DNA of 64,000 nucleotides, from positions 9,082 to 73,081 of the forward strand of contig SVTF01000004.1 of assembly GCA_015063905.1 (NCBI GenBank), in the 5' to 3' direction. The first letter of the stretch is position 1. Each line of letters starts with the position of its first letter. Made by a program: the position numbers and the translations under genes. Below, in pieces: positions 49,853-56,304 of this stretch. Source of the DNA: Oscillospiraceae bacterium. GTDB lineage: Bacteria; Bacillota; Clostridia; Oscillospirales; CAG-272. The notes beneath the pieces were generated by a model. It was not told the origin of the DNA, did no database searches, and saw only the letters and a list, made by a program, of their open reading frames with translations.

Positions 49853-50887
49853 TCATTCTTCCCCACACATCTCAAATAATGCTTTCAGCTCATCCACGTT
49901 CGCGCTTCCCGTTGTATTTAGCTTTTTCACGCATATGGCAGATGCCATTGAAGCGATCACGCCTGCCTCCTCATCCGAAGCGCCCGCAGCCAAGGCGAGC
50001 GAAAACGCAGGAAGAAAGCAGTCACCCGCGCCAACCGTGTCAACGGGCGGCTCTACCTTGATTGCGTTGATCCTCGTCTGTGAGCCTTCTCTACAGACAA
50101 GGCATCCCCTATCACCAAGAGTAAGACAAACATCCGAGCCCGTTTTCTTCATCAAAAGCCGCGCGGCTGAAGCAATATCTTCTTCAATCGCGCTTTTGTC
50201 AAGCGGCGCGCTGCCTGTGGCTCTCGCGCACTCTATCTCGTTTGGCTTTAAAACACAGTTGCTATACAGTCCTATTCTTGATCTACTGTCTACAACTACC
50301 AGCTTTCCGCCCTTAGCCAAGTCATTTATTCTTTCTCTTACTCTATCTGTAATACATCCGTTTTCAAATTGATCGCTTACACAGATCACATCGGCGTCAC
50401 GGCAGTATTTATCAAGATTTTGTAAGATCCTATCCTCTATCTCCTTGCCGACGGCATCGTAGCTTTCAAAGTCAAGTCTGGGATCCTCAACCTCAATTCC
50501 AAGATATCCCTTTCTCATAGGCTTGCAATAGGCATTTGTTATCTTTCCGCTTGATACAACGATGCCATCGGTATTCATTCCTTTTTCCTCAAATACCTTC
50601 TTTAGACAAATGCCTCTCCAATCGTCTCCGATAACACCTATAGTCACTGCGTTATCATTGAGTGTTGACAAATTGACCGCCGCGTTACCGCCCGCACCAG
50701 CGGACATTCTTTCCTCAACTATAGGTAATGGAAAATGCGGAGTCTCGCGCGACAGTTGACTCCTTGTCATATCTCCCACCCAATATATGTCAATACACAT
50801 ATCTCCAATAATCACCGCATTGACTTGCCTCATTTTTGCAAGAATCTCACACAACCTATCTTTAGAAAGTCCTTGTATGCGCTTCAT
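49853..50887 (-). CDS. PfkB-family carbohydrate kinase, RfaE-domain-I-like (heptose-7-phosphate-kinase-like)
   Basis: VIIGDMCIDIYW.GD..R...E.P.P.....R..AGGAGNAAVN pattern as in HldE/RfaE kinase domains, plus C-terminal DTVGAGD. Start trimmed to MKRIQ (GGAG + 7 nt). Confidence 0.75.
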   Translation of the reverse strand: MKRIQGLSKDRLCEILAKMRQVNAVIIGDMCIDIYWVGDMTRSQLSRETPHFPLPIVEERMSAGAGGNAAVNLSTLNDNAVTIGVIGDDWRGICLKKVFEEKGMNTDGIVVSSGKITNAYCKPMRKGYLGIEVEDPRLDFESYDAVGKEIEDRILQNLDKYCRDADVICVSDQFENGCITDRVRERINDLAKGGKLVVVDSRSRIGLYSNCVLKPNEIECARATGSAPLDKSAIEEDIASAARLLMKKTGSDVCLTLGDRGCLVCREGSQTRINAIKVEPPVDTVGAGDCFLPAFSLALAAGASDEEAGVIASMASAICVKKLNTTGSANVDELKALFEMCGEE

Positions 50888-50989
50888 ATAAATTCTCCGT
50901 TTCTTTGGCATTTTCGCCCTTATTTAGCATAATTATAGCATGTCGATATATGCTTGTCAAGCACTTTGTTAAATCATTTAACAATTATT

Positions 50990-51031
50990 TTAAAATTTTG
51001 AGAAAGACATCAAGAAGGACATCTTTCTCAA
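50990..51031 (-). terminator. Terminator after trxB
   Basis: TTGAGAAAGA / TCTTTCTCAA 10-bp stem with a 14-nt loop, followed on the minus strand by AATTTTAAAAT. Confidence 0.6.
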
Positions 51032-51038
51032 AGCTTTT

Positions 51039-51947
51039 TTATTTATCAAGATATCTGCACGCGGCAAGCGCGGCAACAGCTCCGTCTCCGCACGCAGTAG
51101 TGATCTGACGTATCTTTTTGGTTCTGCAATCTCCCGCGGTAAACAATCCCTCTGTATCGGTAAGGCAGTCCTCATCGGACACTATATATCCCCTATCGGA
51201 CAGAGTAACCGCGTTTTTAAAGGGTTCATTTTCGGGGACCTGACCTATCGCTACAAACATTCCGTCAAGGTCGAGTCTTATTTTTTCCCCGCTCTTTTCA
51301 TTCTTGATAACAATACCGCCAAAGGTATCCTCTCCAAGTATCTCTTCAACAACACAGCCAAAGATAAACTCCACGTTTTCTCTTTCACGAAGTATCGCCG
51401 CGAGCTTTTCCTCTCCCGTCAGAAAATCAAGGTTCTGGACAACGTACACCTTCTCGCATCCGTCCGAAAGCATTATTGCCTCCTGGAGCGCTGAATTACC
51501 TCCGCCGATGACCGCAACGGTCTTGTCGGCGTAAAACGCTCCGTCACATACCGCGCAAAAGGATATTCCCTCTCCAACGAATCGCTCCTCCTTGGACAAG
51601 CCAAGCATACGGTGTCTTGATCCCGTGGCTATGATGACGGAATGAGCCATAAACTCTCCTTCCTCTGTTGTCACTACAAATATGCCGTTTCCTTCTTTAC
51701 GAACACCCGTTACCTCCTGGAGATCTATTTCCGCGCCCAATGTTACCGCGTGATCTACCAGCTTTTCCGCAAGCTCATTTCCGCTTATCTGACCAAATCC
51801 GGGATAGTTCTCTATTTTGGGTGAAAACGTCATCTGACCGCCAAACATTCCCTTTTCAAGCACAAGGACGCTTTTGTCCGCTCGGCGAGCATATATCGCG
51901 GCAGTCAGTCCCGCGGGCCCTGCTCCTACGATGATTATATCATACAT
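51039..51947 (-). CDS. trxB: Thioredoxin-disulfide reductase
   Basis: FAD motif IIIVGAGPAGLTAA, redox-active CAVCDG, and NADPH motif VIGGGNSA. Confidence 0.9.
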   Translation of the reverse strand: MYDIIIVGAGPAGLTAAIYARRADKSVLVLEKGMFGGQMTFSPKIENYPGFGQISGNELAEKLVDHAVTLGAEIDLQEVTGVRKEGNGIFVVTTEEGEFMAHSVIIATGSRHRMLGLSKEERFVGEGISFCAVCDGAFYADKTVAVIGGGNSALQEAIMLSDGCEKVYVVQNLDFLTGEEKLAAILRERENVEFIFGCVVEEILGEDTFGGIVIKNEKSGEKIRLDLDGMFVAIGQVPENEPFKNAVTLSDRGYIVSDEDCLTDTEGLFTAGDCRTKKIRQITTACGDGAVAALAACRYLDK

Positions 51948-52072
51948 AATAATTACTTCCTTTCACAAAGTAAGACTTAGGCAATCCGCTCATTTCCTTG
52001 AAGAAAACAGTTTGAATTCCGCGTCTGTTATTTCTTCCCTTCCTTGAACGGATTGCCATGGAATAATTAATG

Positions 52073-54481
52073 TTAAGCGTTAGCTACAGAATCGATATAC
52101 TTTCTGATGTTGGAAAGATTTACCGCCTTGGCAACTTCTTTTCCGTCTTCAACTACCACAAGCGTGGGAGCCTGCTTTATGCCGAATCTCTCAACGAGAT
52201 CAGCGTTATCCTCTGCATATATCTTTTCAAAGGATATTCCCGCCTTTTCAAGGAATATCACAGCCATCTTGCAGTTGGGGCAGCTCTTTGTAGCGAAGAG
52301 CAATACACCGTTAAGGTTATCGCACTCGCAGCACTCCTCCTTTACAGGAGCCGCATTTACTGTTCTCACGCCGTCAACACCGATATTGATCTCGGGATGA
52401 AGCTCATTGGATCTGTCGATATTATACGTACGTCTTTCCTTGAACTCCTGGCTCTTTCCGTCGTTCCAAGCCTGAACGGGACGGTAATATCCCGTGATAC
52501 GGCTATATACCTCTGTGGTCTTGCCGCACTTAGGACACGTATATACCTCTCCGTTAATGTAACCGTGATCGGTACATACGCTATACGTGGGAGACATGGT
52601 GTAGTAAGGAAGCTTGTAATTCTCCGCGATCTTGCGGACAAGGTTAGCCGCGCTCTTCCACGTGGGCAACTTTTCGCCAAGGAAGGCGTGGAATACTGTT
52701 CCCGAAGTATAAAGCGTCTGGAGCTCGTCCTGAATATCAAGAGCGTCAAAGATATCCTCGGTATAGCCTACGGGCAAGTGAGACGAGTTCGTATAGTAAG
52801 GAGCCGCGTCATTATCAGTTGCGGTAATGATATCAGGCCATCTCTTTCTATCGTGCTTTGCAAAGCGGTAAGAGGTGGACTCTGCGGGTGTCGCCTCAAG
52901 GTTGTAGAGGTCTCCGTACATTTCCTGATAGTCGGAAAGTCTTTCTCTCATATGGTTGAGAACGTCCTTTGCGAACTCCTGGGTCTCCTTATGAGTCATA
53001 TCCGCGCGCAACCACTTTGCGTTAAGACCAACCTCGTTCATACCGACAAGACCGATAGTTGAGAAGTGGTTATTGAACGTGCCAAGGTATCTCTTTGTAT
53101 AAGGATACAAGCCCTCGTCAAGAAGCTTTGTGATAACTGTTCTCTTTGTCTTAAGCGAGCGTGCGGATATATCCATAAGCTTGTCAAGTCTCTTGTAGAA
53201 CTCATCCTCTGTTTCGGAGAGATATGCGAGTCTTGGCATATTGATGGTTACAACACCGACAGATCCCGTGGACTCACCCGAGCCAAAGAAGCCTCCCGAT
53301 TTTTTACGGAGCTCACGAAGGTCAAGACGGAGACGGCAGCACATCGAACGAACGTCCGAGGGCTCCATATCAGAGTTGATATAGTTAGAGAAATAAGGCG
53401 TACCGTACTTTGCGGTCATCTCAAAGAGAAGCGTGTTGTTCTCGGTCTCAGACCAGTCAAAGTCGCGAGTGATGGAATATGTGGGAATAGGATACTGGAA
53501 TCCACGGCCGTTTGCGTCACCTTCGATCATGATCTCGATGAACGCCTTATTGACCATATCCATTTCCTTCTTACAATCCTTATACTTAAAGTCCATCTCC
53601 TTGCCGCCAACAATACAGTTGAGCTCTGCAAGGTCATTAGGAACTGTCCAGTCAAGAGTGATGTTGGTAAACGGAGACTGTGTACCCCAACGAGAAGGAG
53701 TATTTACGCCATATATAAAGGACTGTATGCACTGCTTTACTTCTTTATATGAAAGGTTATCCACCTTAACGAAGGGAGCAAGATACGTATCAAAGGAAGA
53801 GAATGCCTGCGCGCCTGCCCACTCATTCTGCATGATTCCAAGAAAGTTTACCATCTGGTTGCACAGCGTGGAAAGGTGTCCTGCGGGAGAGGATGTGATC
53901 TTGCCCGTTACGCCGCCAAGTCCCTCTTGAATGAGCTGCTTTAATGACCAACCCGCGCAATAACCTGTAAGCATGGAAAGGTCATGAATATGGATGTCCG
54001 CGTTTCTGTGGGCATTACCTATCTCGTCATCATATATCTCGGAGAGCCAATAGTTTGCGGTAATAGCTCCGGAGTTGGAAAGGATAAGTCCTCCGACAGA
54101 ATAGGTAACGGTGGAGTTCTCTTTTACTCTCCAGTCATTCATCTTGAGATACTTATCAACGGTCTCCTTATAGTCAAGCGCAGTGTTTCCAAGATTACGG
54201 AGCTTTTCTCTCTGACGGCGGTAAAGGATGTATGCCTTTGCAACGTCAGCATAGCCAGCCTGAACGAGAACTGACTCAACACTATCCTGAATGTCCTCAA
54301 CGGCAACAACACCGTTCTCTATTTTCTTTGAAAAATCAGCGGTTACCTTAAGCGCCAAAAAATCAATTATGTCCTGATTAAAATCTTTTTCCTGTGCTTC
54401 GAACGCTTTCTTTATAGCATCCGAGATCTTTACGATACTGAAATCAACAATTTTTCCGTCTCTCTTTTGTACGCTGTACAT
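52073..54481 (-). CDS. nrdD: Anaerobic ribonucleoside-triphosphate reductase (class III) with C-terminal thioredoxin-fold extension
   Basis: ATP-cone N-terminus (VQKRDGKIVDF), class III core, zinc site CPKCG, and glycyl-radical motif SRITGYYRPVQAWNDGKSQEFKERR. A further 114 aa (52076-52417) contain LLFATKSCPNCKMAVIFLEKAGISFEKI...APTLVV. Confidence 0.9.
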   Translation of the reverse strand: MYSVQKRDGKIVDFSIVKISDAIKKAFEAQEKDFNQDIIDFLALKVTADFSKKIENGVVAVEDIQDSVESVLVQAGYADVAKAYILYRRQREKLRNLGNTALDYKETVDKYLKMNDWRVKENSTVTYSVGGLILSNSGAITANYWLSEIYDDEIGNAHRNADIHIHDLSMLTGYCAGWSLKQLIQEGLGGVTGKITSSPAGHLSTLCNQMVNFLGIMQNEWAGAQAFSSFDTYLAPFVKVDNLSYKEVKQCIQSFIYGVNTPSRWGTQSPFTNITLDWTVPNDLAELNCIVGGKEMDFKYKDCKKEMDMVNKAFIEIMIEGDANGRGFQYPIPTYSITRDFDWSETENNTLLFEMTAKYGTPYFSNYINSDMEPSDVRSMCCRLRLDLRELRKKSGGFFGSGESTGSVGVVTINMPRLAYLSETEDEFYKRLDKLMDISARSLKTKRTVITKLLDEGLYPYTKRYLGTFNNHFSTIGLVGMNEVGLNAKWLRADMTHKETQEFAKDVLNHMRERLSDYQEMYGDLYNLEATPAESTSYRFAKHDRKRWPDIITATDNDAAPYYTNSSHLPVGYTEDIFDALDIQDELQTLYTSGTVFHAFLGEKLPTWKSAANLVRKIAENYKLPYYTMSPTYSVCTDHGYINGEVYTCPKCGKTTEVYSRITGYYRPVQAWNDGKSQEFKERRTYNIDRSNELHPEINIGVDGVRTVNAAPVKEECCECDNLNGVLLFATKSCPNCKMAVIFLEKAGISFEKIYAEDNADLVERFGIKQAPTLVVVEDGKEVAKAVNLSNIRKYIDSVANA

Positions 54482-54622
54482 CGTCTTCTCCTTTTCCTGT
54501 CATAAAAATTATATAATTATAAGTCGGCAAAAAACACCCCGCGGGCTATAAATAAACTGGGGAGCATATTTGCCAATGCGCATAGTAAAACGGCGCGGAC
54601 TGCAATCCGCGCCGCATATTGG

Positions 54623-54651
54623 ATTATACTATATTTAGTGTTTTTTGTCAA
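54623..54651 (-). promoter_or_regulatory. Sigma-A promoter of nrdD
   Basis: On the minus strand: TTGACA (54651-54646), 17 nt, TATAAT (54628-54623). Confidence 0.65.
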
Positions 54652-54673
54652 GGGCAAATACTAAATATTGTGT
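54626..54673 (-). promoter_or_regulatory. Two tandem NrdR boxes
   Basis: On the minus strand, ACACAATATTTAGTAT (54673-54658) and ACACTAAATATAGTAT (54641-54626). Each matches 14/16 positions of the acaCwAtATaTwgTgt consensus. Their starts are 32 bp apart, and the proximal box overlaps the -10. Confidence 0.7.
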
Positions 54674-54703
54674 TTTTTTACAAAAATCATCACAATGCAC
54701 ATT

Positions 54704-55408
54704 TTATAATCCGCGCAATTGTGCATTTGGCACAAAAGGTAGAATTTTGTCGAGAAGGCTCTTCATTTGATCCTCGTCATACGCCTTTATTCCCTCTCCG
54801 ATAAGGTGTCCCGAGTCTTTAAATTGCTGCAAATAAAATTTCTCTTGTCCCGCAAGCCATTTGCCGATCTCAACTATATCTTCTTCGGTATGGAAGGTCT
54901 GCGACACGGTGGTTCTGAACTCAAAATCCACCCGATCACTCATAAGAAAGCCTATGCTTTCCTCTATCGGCGCAAGATCGTAGTCATCGCCAAGTCCCAC
55001 TGTTTTGCCGTACTTTTCCCTACAGTTTTTGATATCCATCGCAACGTAATCCAAAAGCCCGTCGTTTACAAGGTGCTTAAGCACGTCGGGGCGTGTTCCG
55101 TTAGTGTCAAGCTTGATCCTGTACCCAAGACTCCTTGCTTGCGCTATAAAGTCATACAGTCCCGGCATAAGAGTGGGTTCTCCGCCCGTTATAGCGATAC
55201 CGTCCAGAATGCCGACACGCTTTTTTAGAAAGGCAAGTATCTCCTCATTCTTATACATCTTCTGCGACTGAGCCTGCGTGACCAACAACGCGTTATGGCA
55301 GAACGGGCATCGCATATTGCAGCCCTTAGTAAAGAGCGTGCATGCCACACAACCTGGAAAATCAAGCAGGGTCAGCTTTTGAAGCCCCGCGAAAATCTCT
55401 TCACTCAT
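54704..55408 (-). CDS. nrdG: Anaerobic RNR activating protein (radical SAM)
   Basis: LLDFPG...LFTKGCNMRCPFCHN CxxxCxxC cluster and GGEPTL motif. Confidence 0.9.
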   Translation of the reverse strand: MSEEIFAGLQKLTLLDFPGCVACTLFTKGCNMRCPFCHNALLVTQAQSQKMYKNEEILAFLKKRVGILDGIAITGGEPTLMPGLYDFIAQARSLGYRIKLDTNGTRPDVLKHLVNDGLLDYVAMDIKNCREKYGKTVGLGDDYDLAPIEESIGFLMSDRVDFEFRTTVSQTFHTEEDIVEIGKWLAGQEKFYLQQFKDSGHLIGEGIKAYDEDQMKSLLDKILPFVPNAQLRGL

Positions 55409-55426
55409 CCTATTTCTATCTCCTAC

Positions 55427-56026
55427 TCAGGCATATCTTCTTTGTATCGCCAGAACCTTGCCAAGAATAATGACCTCTTCTACGATTATGGGTTCCATCG
55501 CGGCGTTTTCGGGTTGAAGGCGGTAATGACCTTCCTCGCGGAAAAACGTTTTGACAGTTGCCTCGTTATCAACCAGCGCGACAACGATCTCTCCGTTCTC
55601 GGCATAGCAGGTCTTTTCCGCAATGACAATATCTCCGTCAAGAATGCCTATGTCCATCATGCTATCACCCTTTATCCTGAGCGCAAACAGCTCCTCCGAC
55701 GGCTTTATCTCGGGAATATATCCTATGTATCCGTCAAAGCTTTGCTCTGCAAGGATAGGCTTTCCCGCAGCCACAGTACCCAATACGGGCACGGCGCGAA
55801 CAGAAGGCGCGTCCTCAACCAATGTAATAGCGCGGCTCTTGCCGTCCTCCTTAACTAAATAGCCAAACATTTCAAGTCTATTAAGATACATGTGGACCGT
55901 AGACGTGCTTTTATAATCAAGATCGCGGCACACATCACGGACGGAGGGAGCGTAGCCATTCTCCGCCTTAAATCTCTTAACGTAATCAAGCACCTTTTGT
56001 TCCTTTGGTTTAAGCTTTTGAGCCAT
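55427..56026 (-). CDS. lexA: LexA repressor
   Basis: wHTH N-terminus (GYAPSVRDVCRDL), Ala-Gly cleavage site (VAAGKP), catalytic GDSM, and Lys in the VVALV..EATVK region. Confidence 0.9.
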   Translation of the reverse strand: MAQKLKPKEQKVLDYVKRFKAENGYAPSVRDVCRDLDYKSTSTVHMYLNRLEMFGYLVKEDGKSRAITLVEDAPSVRAVPVLGTVAAGKPILAEQSFDGYIGYIPEIKPSEELFALRIKGDSMMDIGILDGDIVIAEKTCYAENGEIVVALVDNEATVKTFFREEGHYRLQPENAAMEPIIVEEVIILGKVLAIQRRYA

Positions 56027-56051
56027 TTCAGTTCTCCTATTGATAAAAATA

Positions 56052-56064
56052 GTACAAATGTATC
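56052..56064. promoter_or_regulatory. Candidate LexA operator (degenerate Cheo-box-like palindrome)
   Basis: GTACAAATGTATC lies 10-22 nt downstream of the lexA -10. It resembles GAAC-N4-GTTC but has symmetric A>T / T>A changes (GTAC-N4-GTAt). Confidence 0.35.
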
Positions 56065-56073
56065 GTTTTTTTG

Positions 56074-56102
56074 ATTATACCATAATTTTTATCATTTGTA
56101 AA
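56074..56102 (-). promoter_or_regulatory. Sigma-A promoter of lexA
   Basis: On the minus strand: TTTACA (56102-56097), 17 nt, TATAAT (56079-56074). Confidence 0.55.
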
Positions 56103-56195
56103 TACGTTTTTCGATATATTTTCATTTTTTCAATAACATATCCCGCTCTCGAGCTTATAATAAATATTAACAAATTGAAACTTTTAAAAAATCTA

Positions 56196-56224
56196 TTGAA
56201 ATGTTGACATAAATATAGTATAAT
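56196..56224 (+). promoter_or_regulatory. Sigma-A promoter of the PEPCK gene
   Basis: TTGAAA (56196-56201), 17 nt, TATAAT (56219-56224). Confidence 0.5.
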
Positions 56225-56304
56225 GTAAAATGGCGAATAAAGGGATAAATTCTGTTCGCACAAAGAGAATTTATTATTTCATAATCATAGAAAAGGAGAA
56301 AGAA

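Noticed and set aside
51948-52072. A 9-bp inverted repeat (GGCAATCCG...CGGATTGCC) with an internal TTCAAGGAA direct repeat in the nrdD-trxB spacer.
   Set aside because: The stem encloses a loop of about 50 nt with no T-tract. That makes it too weak to call a terminator or riboswitch. It is noted only as context for nrdD-trxB co-transcription.
52070-53752. Two long plus-strand ORFs (330 and 228 aa) antisense to nrdD. Similar cases are 45406-46206 (antisense to the sufB-like gene and sufC), 48628-49455 (ROK/HAD genes), 44212-44865 (typA), 32342-33046 (secA) and 12577-13167.
   Set aside because: All are shadow ORFs inside well-supported genes. They lack ribosome-binding sites, and their R/S/L/C-rich sequences are typical of antisense translation.
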